Shown: piece by piece, positions 43,762 to 54,671 of the stretch
How the letters are laid out: each line of letters starts with the position of its first letter
Position numbering within the stretch: the first letter of the stretch is position 1
Virus record (IMG/VR): IMGVR_UViG_3300032164_000017
Coordinates: 1 to 57,778 of that record
Reading direction: 5' to 3' (one strand)
DNA: 57,778 nucleotides
Source of the DNA: a virus
Lineage: Duplodnaviria; Caudoviricetes
Position numbers and translations under genes: made by a program
Notes under the pieces: generated by a model
The model's database searches: none
Seen by the model: the letters and a program-made list of their open reading frames with translations, nothing else
Told to the model about the DNA's origin: nothing

Positions 43762-46700
43762 TCAGGGTACTGGCACAACCTTGATTTGTAGAGGACGTTC
43801 AATGAGATCCATGCGCTTTGGATCTCCCTCCAGGCGCCAGTGAATGTTCGTCTCAGGGTTCAGTGCTGGCCCTGCAAGAATTGCTTCAGCCATGGAAAGC
43901 GCTGTGGCGACACGCCGTACCCCGTCGTTACCCGCGATCGAATCCATGATGCGCAAGTACATCCCATCGTAGGGAGAGCCGCGCGTAGCGTCGGCGTCTG
44001 ATGTGCGCCAGGGTCGGAAGAGGGCTGTGGACGATTTGAAATGACCATCGAACGTCACGAACCCATCCCGAGGTTCTTCCGATGGGAAACTCCAAAGGAT
44101 ATCTGTGGCACTTGCGATAGCTTCTTGAAGAACAACCCGCGTGGGAGACAGTACGCTTGCGATGCGTACCAATCCAGCGTAGTCCGTGCTCGATTCATGG
44201 ATGGTGATGTACTGATGGTCGTGCAGTCCACTCTCGAACTGGGCACGCAGATCTTCAAAGTACACGTACGATCCTGCATTGACCACTGTTGCGCCCCGCC
44301 AGGCTTCACGGCGCACACGTGTCAACCCCGGGTCATTGCAACCAAGCACGTAGGGGGTATCTCCCAGGGCCGGATTAGCACTCGCAGCTGCGGTGGTCTT
44401 GATGGAGCTGTAGGCGACCGTGTAGCTGCCGCTGGGCCATGTCGTGAGTGGATAGATCCTACCTGCCTTCTGATCCACGTAGAAATCAACCCACTCAATG
44501 AGCGAAGCAGGTCCGGTGATCTTCCACGAGATCAGGGGATAGTTCGTGAGCTGTGTGTACCCAGGAGGGGTGGTAGCTGTAAGCGCCTCACTGGCCACAG
44601 GTACGTTGAACCGCCAAACATCGCCTAGATTCCAAGACAGCGATTGAATGGTAAGGGTTTGTTCTCCAACAAGTACTTCTTCTTCATCGACAGTGAGCTT
44701 GACGTCGATTTGTACATCAGATTCCAGCAGGCGCATCACATCAAGGAAACTACTCGTAGGTTCAATGTAGACGTATTTGTAGCTAGGCTTCGCGATGAGC
44801 ACGAGTTCTTGTAAGTCTCGAATGAACGACCCTGAGAACTTCTTGAAAGCAATTGGGTCAACGTGGACGTAGCACACGTGGTACTTGAAAAACGTGTTCA
44901 ACAACACATTGGCAAATCGACGGCGTTTCGCTGGCAATGCGGGGTTCGCTGGAACATTTCCTTCATCATCGGCGCCGATGAAGAAGCCAGGGTCTCCTAG
45001 CTCAGGTCCGTCGAGGGCACCAAGCGTATTTTCGTATAGTGCAGGGACGCTGGTACGCCGAAGCACACTCTCACCGGGCAAAAGTTCTTGCGGGATGATG
45101 ATGCTTTCCCACCAGGTGGGGTCCTGCACGTAATCCGTGACCACGAACATGAGGGTCAGGGGTTCAAAACTCAAGAATGCAATGTCAGGGTCTCCCGTGG
45201 TCCATGCGACGATATCTTCACGCATGGGCGTATCTTTGGGATACACGTATTCAGCGGTAGATCCGTCGGGCCGGAGAGTACGAATGACGTCTTGATCAGC
45301 GGCACTCGTATCGTATGCACGCAGCAACTCACCATCATCGCGGATAACGGGAAGACTTCCAATCACGTTGAGTGCAGACTCAACGTGTTGAAGGGTGGGA
45401 CCCAGCATGTAGAGCTGAAAGACACCGCGAATGAACTCACGGTAGGTCTCTGAGGATGGCTGGAAGCGATTGATGAGATAACCGTAGTTCTCATAGAGAT
45501 GGTACTTGTCCACCTTGGCGTCGGGCGCCCAGAGCGCGACCTCATTGACGCTCATCTCAAGATCATCGCCGTTCAATTCACCTGTTGTGCCTGTAGCGAG
45601 GATGATGCGCAGCCACGCGTAGTTCACATTGACGGGTGTGACGAGGCCCCACGTACCCGCAAAGCGACCTATCTGAATGAGTGTGCCCGCTCGACTATCG
45701 AGGCGATAGTCCACGCCATCGACCACATCGTGCAGACCACCTGTGTATTGGTCACCTACACCCGCGAAAACCTCTACGGAACCATCGACTACGTAGAAGT
45801 GATCAAGGTCTCCAATATACCCATCATGCACCGAATGGGTGATTGCGGTGTTGTTCGGGTCTGGGTAGACCACGGGCAAGTCGAACAGCGCCTCGAATGC
45901 CCCAAGTACCTTCTTGACGCGATACGTACCTGCGTTGGTGATACCTACGAGTGTCGCACCTTCGATCCAAGACAACGCACATGTGAGACCCGTCTCGACC
46001 ATGAAGACGCCAGAGAGCTTGCAGACCTTGCCGGTGGGGTCATCGTATTCCGCAATGGTGTAGACGTTGTTTTGACCCAGGCTGCTTCCTGTGACTTTGA
46101 TTTGGGCTCCGACCATGCCACGAACAAGCGGATTCTGCGACGGACCTCCTGTCCATGTCAAAGTACCGTCGAGGGCGATATTCGCGGTCCATGCAATAGC
46201 GCCACAATTTCCCAGGGTCACATAGCGCTGTTTGTCTGAACCTGCGAACTGGTCTGCGGGTGGCGCAGCAAGGGAGATATTGAACGTAGCTGCATTTTCA
46301 CCAACGTTCCAGAGAGTAGAGCCCGCAGTACCCGTCTTATCCGTGTTCACTGGAACAAAGAGTGTCGGCTCTTCGATGACTTCACTGTCGGGTGACTCAC
46401 GAAGCACGACATAGTCAGCAATAGTGTGTACACCCGCAGGAGCCGGCGTGTCCGTGGATAGATACAGGCGGTCGTGGCGCACTACGCCTACGATGAAGTC
46501 TTGGGGTACGCTTGCAAGCGCTGCGTTATCGAAGACACGAATGATGTCTCCTTTGCGGACACCCAAACCCAACGGTGCGTTTGCGTACCACGACCCGCGC
46601 TGAAGCGTTCCCCCTTCTTCGAGTGTACGGCGACGGGTTGGATCGTCGAATCGTCCCCCGGACTCAACGACAAGAGAACGCTGAGCAAAGCCTTCGCGTG

Positions 46701-47397
46701 CAACAAACTCCGCATCAATGAGCGTGGCCTGAAGCGCACCGTTGTTCAAATCGGGCAGTGTGAACGTACCTTGTAGCAACAACGTGTAGTCGTCGACCTT
46801 TTCAGCGACCAAAAACACTTTGTTGTTACCTGATCCGCTGTTCAAAAGCTGAAGCCACTGTCCGTATTTCGCTTTTGCGAAAGGTTGAGTGCCATCAACG
46901 TCCACGTACAACCGCGTGAGCGCTCCGATGCCATAGGTGAGCAACGAACCTGTGTTGGATTGACCCAGCGTACGCATGGTACGTCCAGCCGGGTCCTCAG
47001 TGAATCGAAATTGGTAGTTCGTGCTATCAATTTCGTAGCCACTTTGTTCTTCGATGGACGCAGTAGGATCGATGACCTTGTTTTGCAAGATGTGTGCTTC
47101 TATCAGCGTATCAGGCAGAGATGCAACCAGACGGTCATCGAGGGGGTTGAACGCTTCATCGTAAATCAGGTGATCTTCGCGAAGCGTGACGAGCTTGAAA
47201 AACTCCGTGTTGAAGAGAGGAGTCTCTACAATAGAGATATTGAGAAAGGACGACAACATATCAAGGTAGCCTTGTGCCAAAAGCACCTCTGAACCTTGAT
47301 AGATTGCAGTCAGCTCATCCGAGTCTGCATAGAACTTGACCCAAAAATCAGACAGTCCATGCAGTAGCGTACGCAGGTTATTTCCGATGGTGGCCAT
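43762..47397 (-). CDS. large baseplate wedge/tail structural protein
   Basis: 1211 aa coupled to baseplate J-like gene; YREFIRGVFQLYMLGPT..VESALN segment. Confidence 0.6.
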   Translation of the reverse strand: MATIGNNLRTLLHGLSDFWVKFYADSDELTAIYQGSEVLLAQGYLDMLSSFLNISIVETPLFNTEFFKLVTLREDHLIYDEAFNPLDDRLVASLPDTLIEAHILQNKVIDPTASIEEQSGYEIDSTNYQFRFTEDPAGRTMRTLGQSNTGSLLTYGIGALTRLYVDVDGTQPFAKAKYGQWLQLLNSGSGNNKVFLVAEKVDDYTLLLQGTFTLPDLNNGALQATLIDAEFVAREGFAQRSLVVESGGRFDDPTRRRTLEEGGTLQRGSWYANAPLGLGVRKGDIIRVFDNAALASVPQDFIVGVVRHDRLYLSTDTPAPAGVHTIADYVVLRESPDSEVIEEPTLFVPVNTDKTGTAGSTLWNVGENAATFNISLAAPPADQFAGSDKQRYVTLGNCGAIAWTANIALDGTLTWTGGPSQNPLVRGMVGAQIKVTGSSLGQNNVYTIAEYDDPTGKVCKLSGVFMVETGLTCALSWIEGATLVGITNAGTYRVKKVLGAFEALFDLPVVYPDPNNTAITHSVHDGYIGDLDHFYVVDGSVEVFAGVGDQYTGGLHDVVDGVDYRLDSRAGTLIQIGRFAGTWGLVTPVNVNYAWLRIILATGTTGELNGDDLEMSVNEVALWAPDAKVDKYHLYENYGYLINRFQPSSETYREFIRGVFQLYMLGPTLQHVESALNVIGSLPVIRDDGELLRAYDTSAADQDVIRTLRPDGSTAEYVYPKDTPMREDIVAWTTGDPDIAFLSFEPLTLMFVVTDYVQDPTWWESIIIPQELLPGESVLRRTSVPALYENTLGALDGPELGDPGFFIGADDEGNVPANPALPAKRRRFANVLLNTFFKYHVCYVHVDPIAFKKFSGSFIRDLQELVLIAKPSYKYVYIEPTSSFLDVMRLLESDVQIDVKLTVDEEEVLVGEQTLTIQSLSWNLGDVWRFNVPVASEALTATTPPGYTQLTNYPLISWKITGPASLIEWVDFYVDQKAGRIYPLTTWPSGSYTVAYSSIKTTAAASANPALGDTPYVLGCNDPGLTRVRREAWRGATVVNAGSYVYFEDLRAQFESGLHDHQYITIHESSTDYAGLVRIASVLSPTRVVLQEAIASATDILWSFPSEEPRDGFVTFDGHFKSSTALFRPWRTSDADATRGSPYDGMYLRIMDSIAGNDGVRRVATALSMAEAILAGPALNPETNIHWRLEGDPKRMDLIERPLQIKVVPVP

Positions 47398-49394
47398 TAT
47401 GCTGCGCGCTCCACGACAGCGATGGAATCCGTGAGTGCCAGATAACGAATCACGTCGTCTGTGAGGCCATAGTCGAGAGGGTTGTCAAGCCCATCGATCG
47501 CGTCACCCGGGTTGAGTTGTAGCTCGTCGAGCTGTGTGCTGTTCGAGGGTACGGAAACCGCCTCAGTCGTTTCGAAGCGCACTACACGCCCATCAGGTAC
47601 ATGCACGTCATAGGTGATGACGAAAGGATAGACGTGTCCAATATCAGGGTACGTCTCCTTGAGGAAATCAGAGAGTGTGGAGACGTCCAGTACTTCTGTG
47701 GAGGAAAAGTTGTTGATGAATGCAACCAGCGCCGCCGCTGCTTCAGTGGCATCGACAGTCGTCGTGGCTGACTTCTTCAAGCGATACTCGACGGTGCACA
47801 TCAAGTACGCAGGATGAAACCCCTTCACAAGAGGGTTCTCTGCGGAAATGCGTTGGCGGCGTTCCACAACGTAGCCAGCGATGCTGCTGAAACTACCCAA
47901 GGTGTCGTAGGTGACTTTGCAGGTTTTCCCATCGTACTTACCGAGGTCACCGGTAGGGCCTACGAGAACATCGGCATAGCTCATCATCGACTGATGGTTC
48001 TCGGGGTTGTGTACCACGATCTGGTACTCATTATCGGGGGCTACTTGAGGTTGCGGCGCGCTGTTCACACGTACATTCAAATGCACCAGGTTGTCGGAAG
48101 GATCCGCATCAGGGTCGGATGGGTCATTGATGGTCACGTCTTTGATGGTGTAGAGCGGGCCACCCGGAAGCACGATACGCCCTGTGTTTTGCACCTGACG
48201 TGATGTTTCGCCTGTAGTCTGTGCGCTGATGACGTCTTCGAAATCAGGCATCCAAACACCAATGGACCACGTAACCACCCCTGGAGGCGTCTCTTCGTCG
48301 GTGGCGACAGGAAAGGGTACGCGTTCTGAAACGTAGAGTTCTGCATCGCGTACTTCGCGGATGGCGAAGTCACGTGCCTCGAGCGGTAGACCTTTCCACA
48401 CTCGAAGAACCATACCTGGAAGTACCCCTAAACCGGGGAACGTGGTGAGGGTTCCATCGACGTATGTGGGATCCCTGAAGACGTTGATGATGTTGTCGGG
48501 ACGTGCGAATTTCGCCCCGACGACGCCAGTGAAGGAAGTCTCGATCACAGGCAAATCCACGTAGATGTCTTGGTGGCCACCCACGTGCAGCTCGAGCTGG
48601 GTAGCTACTTCGCGTATCCGATCGCGAACCATCTCGTTGTCGCCCATGCCGATGACGGTCAGCGCACGAATTTCACCGTAACGGTCACGCAAAACGGCGT
48701 CGCATGAGCGTGCATTGATGAGGTTGCGTACCGTAATGAGATTGGTGCTGCGATCTACAACGTCAGCCGTACTCTCAATGCCATCTCCACCGATACCCTC
48801 TACAAGTGTTTCGACGTATGTCACGTAAGAACTAAAGGGATCGAATCCCGCAAAGCGTCCGGGTTGAATGTTGTAACCTGGACCTGTTGCAGAGGCGACC
48901 AGCGGAATGCGAAATGTGTAGTCGATGACCACACCATCCGAATCGAACTGTGCAACGAGGTCCTCCGAAGGGACATGAAGGTCCTCTGCGTTGTTGTCGA
49001 GCACGAAGACGAGCGAGCTGGATTTGTAGAAGCGTGTCTGGGCCGCGATGTCGACGTCCACACGTTCTGATGCGTGTCCGTAAGCCGAGACCCGTGAAAA
49101 CGTCCCCCGGTGCCGTGCCGCGAACCAGTTCGACAAGATCTCGTCTGCGGCATCATCGGCGGCTTCGGCGTCATCACTGATATCGATTTCAGTGATCTTC
49201 TTCAAGCTCTGCCGAGCACGGATTTGTTCATCTGTTTTGCGCAAGAGAGCGAAGGTGTACGCAACGCTCTTGATCGCGAGATCACGTAGTGCTGATCCGT
49301 CGGTGTAATCACCATCGACAATCTTGTCCGCTGCGAATTCTGCCAGGAAGTTTTCTGCGTCTTTGACGTCTTGAAGACTGACGGTGATTGCCAT
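47397..49394 (-). CDS. baseplate J-like wedge protein
   Basis: GSALRDL, LSNWFAARHRG, GPGYNIQPG, GGDGIES, GGHQDIYV. Confidence 0.78.
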   Translation of the reverse strand: MAITVSLQDVKDAENFLAEFAADKIVDGDYTDGSALRDLAIKSVAYTFALLRKTDEQIRARQSLKKITEIDISDDAEAADDAADEILSNWFAARHRGTFSRVSAYGHASERVDVDIAAQTRFYKSSSLVFVLDNNAEDLHVPSEDLVAQFDSDGVVIDYTFRIPLVASATGPGYNIQPGRFAGFDPFSSYVTYVETLVEGIGGDGIESTADVVDRSTNLITVRNLINARSCDAVLRDRYGEIRALTVIGMGDNEMVRDRIREVATQLELHVGGHQDIYVDLPVIETSFTGVVGAKFARPDNIINVFRDPTYVDGTLTTFPGLGVLPGMVLRVWKGLPLEARDFAIREVRDAELYVSERVPFPVATDEETPPGVVTWSIGVWMPDFEDVISAQTTGETSRQVQNTGRIVLPGGPLYTIKDVTINDPSDPDADPSDNLVHLNVRVNSAPQPQVAPDNEYQIVVHNPENHQSMMSYADVLVGPTGDLGKYDGKTCKVTYDTLGSFSSIAGYVVERRQRISAENPLVKGFHPAYLMCTVEYRLKKSATTTVDATEAAAALVAFINNFSSTEVLDVSTLSDFLKETYPDIGHVYPFVITYDVHVPDGRVVRFETTEAVSVPSNSTQLDELQLNPGDAIDGLDNPLDYGLTDDVIRYLALTDSIAVVERAA

Positions 49395-49397
49395 TGG

Positions 49398-49847
49398 TTA
49401 CTTCCTTGTCGCAAGGTCAGGTAGACGAATAGTCAGCTCTTTATTGGCCAAGCTGCGTACAGTCACCCACGCTTCGAAGCCGTCTTTTCCCATTTCTTGA
49501 AACTGAGTTAGCACCGCGGTAAGCAGTAGTTCATCTGTTGCGGGCTGTGTTTTGCGTTGAATGGTTTGAATTTGCGTGTTGCAATCTTCGATCGCGAGCA
49601 TCACTACATCGCGAAGGTCTTGCATGTTGGTGATGTTGGTTCCGATCAGTCGCGAGAACTCGGTGCCGTATTCGGGCTCTGTTGGATCGCTTCCCTTGGG
49701 TGTCATGAAGCACTTGAGCCACTGACAGGTGAGCTTCCAGACACCACGAACTGCAACCGTACGACTGAAACCAGCCGTGAAGAATTTGAAACCAAGCACG
49801 TCTTCCGGTTTCTTCGATTGGAAGTAGAAGTCGTAACGATCAGCCAT
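49398..49847 (-). CDS. gp25/GpW-like baseplate wedge protein
   Basis: FMTPKGSDPTEPEYGT motif; directly upstream of baseplate J; TGATG coupling. Confidence 0.75.
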   Translation of the reverse strand: MADRYDFYFQSKKPEDVLGFKFFTAGFSRTVAVRGVWKLTCQWLKCFMTPKGSDPTEPEYGTEFSRLIGTNITNMQDLRDVVMLAIEDCNTQIQTIQRKTQPATDELLLTAVLTQFQEMGKDGFEAWVTVRSLANKELTIRLPDLATRK

Positions 49848-51265
49848 CAGACAGCCTTTCCTGTATCTGTGCCGCCGACCTTCCACGTGCCCGTGTCGTA
49901 GTCGTACGTCAAGATACTACCCGCGACCGCTGTGGGTTTGCTCGCCAAGGCGTTAGCTTGTTGTGCCGTTTGCGCTGAACTCTTCCCGACGATGCTGCTC
50001 AGCGTTGTGGCTTGTCCTTCGGCTTGTTTGTAGATAGCTCTTCGACTTTGCGCTTGCATACCCGTGGCACGTTGAAGCGCAACAAGCTTATCACGTTGTG
50101 ACTGGAGGAGTGCTCGCTGACCGGGGTTACTACTCCGTGCCATTGCGGCAGACAGATCCGAGATGCCCTTGAACTCGGATGGGTCCAATTTTGCCACGAA
50201 GACATCCGTGGCAAGGTTGAACCGCATCTTGTTCATCATGTTCCAGAGCTGGTCCCACCCGGAAACCGCTGTCTTCAAGAAGTCATTACCGGGTAAACCC
50301 CGTTCTCCCGGTGGAATGTCGAACTGGGCTGTGGCGTCTACTTTGGTGAGTCGATGTTTACCTTTCGCACGTGCTTTCTCGGAGAACACAGCCGCTTCAG
50401 CTGAGTCACTAGGGTAAAACACATCACGATGTTGAATGTAGCCACCCCTGTGTGCTGCAACCTGCTGACGGATAGGCCCGTTCTCTCGACGTGCGTAGAA
50501 GTGTTCAATGGCAGGTTGTGCCGTCTCGAGTTTCTTGCATACGATGGCAAGCGCCAGCATTTGCCGATCGGTGTAGGGCATCAGTGCAGCTGACTTGTAC
50601 TTGCCGTTGGGTAGCCGTGGCTTACACAACGCGGGTTCCAATTCGAATCCGATACTAACCGCGTTGTTCCCAAACTTCGTCATTTGAATCTCGCCACCGC
50701 CATGGAAGGCTAGATCGTTCGCATCTACACTCCACACCACATCACCGCGGCGACTCACACAACAATGAATCGAAGTGCGGCTTTCGGGTGGGCGCGGTTT
50801 CTCAAGGGTTAAGCCGCACAGCTGAGTGATACCTGCGAACCAGCGATTAGGGTGATGACCGTTCTCATCTCCGGGTGGTTTTTGTCCGTTAGGGTTGTTT
50901 TTGTACCAACCGTAATCCCAGGTGTACCCGAATGAGTGAAAGAACAACCAGGACCAAGCACGTAGTTTGCCATGTGGCGTTACTTTGTAACAACCTTCCG
51001 ACGGAGGAAGGTAAGCCCAGTTGAACTTCTGGGGATGATTGGTGAGTCCTTCGCCACTGATGATGTAACGTGGGTCTGAAGAGGTTTTCGCAGCTTCGCG
51101 TACTCCTCGGTATACGTCACGATTCCTATTGAAATACCTCTGGAGATCGCGCATGCGTTTACTGACGATGCGATCGATCTCGCCACTACTGAGAATCCAG
51201 GACCCACCAGCGGGTACTCCGCGGCCTCCTCCTTCTTCGCGATAGCTTTTCTTGCTCGAAGGCAT
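49847..51265 (-). CDS. tail-cluster N-acetylmuramoyl-L-alanine amidase (Amidase_2-like)
   Basis: FFHSFG, SIHCCVSRRGDV, AFHGG, NAVSIGFELE, YTDRQMLAL, IQHRDV. Confidence 0.75.
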   Translation of the reverse strand: MPSSKKSYREEGGGRGVPAGGSWILSSGEIDRIVSKRMRDLQRYFNRNRDVYRGVREAAKTSSDPRYIISGEGLTNHPQKFNWAYLPPSEGCYKVTPHGKLRAWSWLFFHSFGYTWDYGWYKNNPNGQKPPGDENGHHPNRWFAGITQLCGLTLEKPRPPESRTSIHCCVSRRGDVVWSVDANDLAFHGGGEIQMTKFGNNAVSIGFELEPALCKPRLPNGKYKSAALMPYTDRQMLALAIVCKKLETAQPAIEHFYARRENGPIRQQVAAHRGGYIQHRDVFYPSDSAEAAVFSEKARAKGKHRLTKVDATAQFDIPPGERGLPGNDFLKTAVSGWDQLWNMMNKMRFNLATDVFVAKLDPSEFKGISDLSAAMARSSNPGQRALLQSQRDKLVALQRATGMQAQSRRAIYKQAEGQATTLSSIVGKSSAQTAQQANALASKPTAVAGSILTYDYDTGTWKVGGTDTGKAV

Positions 51266-51271
51266 GGAGTA

Positions 51272-51985
51272 CTACCGCTTCCTCTTCAGAGCGTCCTCGA
51301 AGAGGTCTTTCATCTTTCGCTTCTGATATGAGAGTTGACCTTGCGTCATTTTGAACTTACGCATCAACTCTGTATTCGAAAGCGTCTCCGCGCCTCCGTA
51401 GCCCGTGACATGTTCGAAGAGCTGTTGGTGTTCTGGTGACATGTCGTAATAAACAAAGCCAACGATCGGGTCTTCGGTGTCTGCGATGGGAAAAGCTGAC
51501 GGGTTGAACTCACCCGAGGTGAGTAGTTCTCGTCGATTGTGGGCTCTTCGAAATTCTTCTGTCCGCGTGTTTGACCACCCCAGGTGATCCGCGAGTTCTG
51601 AACTGGTGGGTTCTCGTCCCAATTCGTTGTTAAGCTGCTCTTGACCCACGCTGAACGTGGTCATGCTTACCGCTTTGTGTTCGGGCAGCCTCGCCGCTTG
51701 GGTGTGCGTATACACCGTGCGACTGAGCTTCTGGAGCTGGTTCGTCACGTGCGTGGCCAGTGCTGCGCCTCGATTCGGGTCATACGTGCGAATGGCTTCT
51801 ACGGCGAGAGCCTTAGCACGCGTCTCGAGCATGGACCGTGCGAGTGTCCCACCCCAGCGGTTCACGGCTTGCGTGGTCACGGGTTGCAAATGGTTCAACA
51901 GCTGTTGAAGGTCGTGATCGCTCTTGGTACGATTCCATTGCTGCCAGAGACGTACATCTTCAGCCTTTGTGGACGTCATGGTCAT
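51272..51985 (-). CDS. second sigma70-family sigma factor (divergent)
   Basis: AVEAIRTYDPNRGAALATHV (region 2), LGREPTSSELADHLGW (region 3); start trimmed from 52045. Confidence 0.8.
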   Translation of the reverse strand: MTMTSTKAEDVRLWQQWNRTKSDHDLQQLLNHLQPVTTQAVNRWGGTLARSMLETRAKALAVEAIRTYDPNRGAALATHVTNQLQKLSRTVYTHTQAARLPEHKAVSMTTFSVGQEQLNNELGREPTSSELADHLGWSNTRTEEFRRAHNRRELLTSGEFNPSAFPIADTEDPIVGFVYYDMSPEHQQLFEHVTGYGGAETLSNTELMRKFKMTQGQLSYQKRKMKDLFEDALKRKR

Positions 51986-54669
51986 CGGCTCACCTTGACT
52001 GAAGAGTAGATTCTCGCACGATAATCGAGCAAAATCTTGTCCCATTCTGCTCGAAGCACTGGAAAATCTTCAGCAACGGCAGTGGGTGCACTCCCCTGGA
52101 GCCCTTGTTCTTCATTGGTTGCTTTGGTCGCGTCTACTGCACCTTTGAGCTTGCGAATGCGCACGTAGTAGCGGGCTGAGTGCGCAGAAGACCCATCGTC
52201 GTACGCCATGTCATCGATGGGCGTCTCGCGCATCCCGTTGATGAAGATGATGTACTCTTCGAGTGTGCAGATGGGGCGTGCACAGTACTGCATGGCGGCA
52301 TCGTAACTATCAAAGTAAGGCTCGTAGCCGGGCTTCGGAACGATGTCCTTGGTTGCGGATAGGTTATGCGACAGTCCTTGTTTGCGCTTGGCGGGGTCAG
52401 TGATACGCGCAATCTCACTGGTGATACTCGCAAGCGCTGCTTTTACGATTTCGGGAGTCACATCTTCAGCGGATGTGAGCGTGGACCCCGCAGTCGCGAG
52501 CGCTTCACGAATACCTACTGTCTGTATTTTGCCCCCCTGTTCACTATCCCCTACGGACAAAACCTTCGCGGCTACTTGTAGCGAACCGTAAGCTTCGAGC
52601 ACCTTCTTAGCGCCTTCCAAATCCACTTTGCGCTTTTTGATGGTCTCTTCGTTCAAACCCTCGATGGTGATGTCCTCAAGTGTGCCATCCGCTTTCACGA
52701 ACGAGAGCAGATCACGATACTGGAACACCGCAGGCCGGGTTACGGGATCAGGACGACGGTAAAAGAGGGCCTGGTAGAACTGGTCAGCGCGGCTGAAGTG
52801 TTGGATGACGTCACGGATCTCCGGAATCGGTTCGGGAGGTGCAGCTGCTGTTGCGAGTCCAATACGATTCGTGATCGCAGGGCTCTCCATCTCGTTGGCA
52901 ATATCCTGGAAGAACTCATAGATGGTACGGGCATAGCTGAAGTTCGCCGATGTGCCTACGCCATTCGCGGAGAACTGCTGAGTAACGTTCATCAAATAAC
53001 CAATCACGTGCATCTTCGCCTGGAAATCATCGAAGATCATCATAGGAAAGCCCGGTACGAGATAAGGATGAAACGCACACTCTGCGGCGCCGCCACGTTG
53101 CGAGTAGACCTGTCGGAAGAACTCGTACTGCGCGTAGAGAATGTAAAGATCCTGATCCGTGACTGACGTACCCGTCTCGGGAACCACGGACTTGTCTGTG
53201 CCTGTTGCGACGGGTTTTCCTGTAGGTACTCCGCTTCCTTGATTCTGAGATGCGAAATACATCAACCACGGAGGTGCAGGGTAGCGCGCTGTCACAGGTC
53301 CCTTGAAGAACTCTTCTGGCCAAAGAAGGAGGTTCTTACCGGTCTCGTTGGGTGTTACACCTTTGCGCTTGTCTTGATATTTTTTGTCGGCTTCTGGTGG
53401 ATACGCTCGCGCCAGTGCGTTGAGGAAGAATTCCTTGGTCTTGGTCTTCGTCTGCGCTGCGGTGAGGTTAACAAGCGCACTGTCCTCGAAGTAGAGCCGC
53501 GTGGGCTGCGTAGCATAGTTCTCATTGTACTGAATGGAGGGCGTCATCGAGGGGAAGATGACGTTGCAGCACGGGGGTAGCCCAAAGAACATCTGCGGCT
53601 TGACAAAATAGTTGGTTAGCCGCACTGGTTTTTTCGGATCGATCAATCCTGCATCATGTGCACCCGGTTTGAAAAAGCTCTCCGGCATGAAGAGGCCGGT
53701 CTGCTTTGGTGTGACAAGCTGGGGACGTCCAAAGATAGACCCGTTGGTGTAGGTGCCCACAGCTGCTGCCGTGGGAAGCATCGCGAGTTCCATGTTCACG
53801 GTGTCGAGCACTTGCTTCAGGATCGTATAGATCGACCCACCCGACATCTCAGACACGACGTGATTCTCAATGGCTTTGACCGCTTGCTCGGATTGGACCG
53901 CGCGCAGGATCGGGAAGATCCCTGCGGGCTGGTTCGCAACAGGATCACCTGTCGCATCATGCTGTTCATCGAGAAACGGCAGCGCGACCCATTTGTTATG
54001 GAATTGTTGTCTTCTCGTCCAGCGCGAGAAGAAGTTCACGGCTGGTACGCATTTCTTGTCTTTAGGTGCGTTGTCCGCAATGAGTCCCCGAACTACGTTG
54101 TACGCAAGATCGAAGGGTCGCGTGATGTATCCCTGGTCTCCCGTTGTGATCAAACCCTTCTTGAAAAGCGAATACGGGAACACCGCCGCAGCCTGGTTGA
54201 TCTGCGATGCGTCTTGCTTGGCACCCATGACACCGCTAGCTACGGTGTCCACATTGGTCATGTAGAACAAGAAGAGCTGCGTCCAAACCGCGATGTCCAT
54301 GAGGGCATGGAACGTGATCGCCCGGCCTCCAGAACTGTTGCTATAGCCCCAGCCTACGATCTCTCCTTCGAAGAGCAGTCGCCACGTTGGACGTGAAGGA
54401 TCGATGTACTCATCCAGGAAGAAGAGCACAATCGGTACGCGATCCTGCGCTCCGAAACGTTGAAGCGCGGTGTCCGGGAACATCGTGATCTGTGCTTCAG
54501 GGATCTTCCACACCCCGTAGCTCACCGTTGCTGATGTGATGGGGCACTCGATGCCTGCGATGTAACAGAGAACCGGTGCGCGGTGTGGGAGGTTACTCGA
54601 GAAGGTCACACCATTGCGTGTTCCGCTTCGGTAAACAACGGGGTCATAACTCTGCGTGGTCCCCGGCAT
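51982..54669 (-). CDS. putative baseplate hub/tail protein
   Basis: YIAGIECPITSATVS, LLFEGEIVG, FHPYLVPGFP, YLMNVTQQF patterns; position in tail cluster. Confidence 0.55.
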   Translation of the reverse strand: MPGTTQSYDPVVYRSGTRNGVTFSSNLPHRAPVLCYIAGIECPITSATVSYGVWKIPEAQITMFPDTALQRFGAQDRVPIVLFFLDEYIDPSRPTWRLLFEGEIVGWGYSNSSGGRAITFHALMDIAVWTQLFLFYMTNVDTVASGVMGAKQDASQINQAAAVFPYSLFKKGLITTGDQGYITRPFDLAYNVVRGLIADNAPKDKKCVPAVNFFSRWTRRQQFHNKWVALPFLDEQHDATGDPVANQPAGIFPILRAVQSEQAVKAIENHVVSEMSGGSIYTILKQVLDTVNMELAMLPTAAAVGTYTNGSIFGRPQLVTPKQTGLFMPESFFKPGAHDAGLIDPKKPVRLTNYFVKPQMFFGLPPCCNVIFPSMTPSIQYNENYATQPTRLYFEDSALVNLTAAQTKTKTKEFFLNALARAYPPEADKKYQDKRKGVTPNETGKNLLLWPEEFFKGPVTARYPAPPWLMYFASQNQGSGVPTGKPVATGTDKSVVPETGTSVTDQDLYILYAQYEFFRQVYSQRGGAAECAFHPYLVPGFPMMIFDDFQAKMHVIGYLMNVTQQFSANGVGTSANFSYARTIYEFFQDIANEMESPAITNRIGLATAAAPPEPIPEIRDVIQHFSRADQFYQALFYRRPDPVTRPAVFQYRDLLSFVKADGTLEDITIEGLNEETIKKRKVDLEGAKKVLEAYGSLQVAAKVLSVGDSEQGGKIQTVGIREALATAGSTLTSAEDVTPEIVKAALASITSEIARITDPAKRKQGLSHNLSATKDIVPKPGYEPYFDSYDAAMQYCARPICTLEEYIIFINGMRETPIDDMAYDDGSSAHSARYYVRIRKLKGAVDATKATNEEQGLQGSAPTAVAEDFPVLRAEWDKILLDYRARIYSSVKVSR

Positions 54670-54671
54670 GA

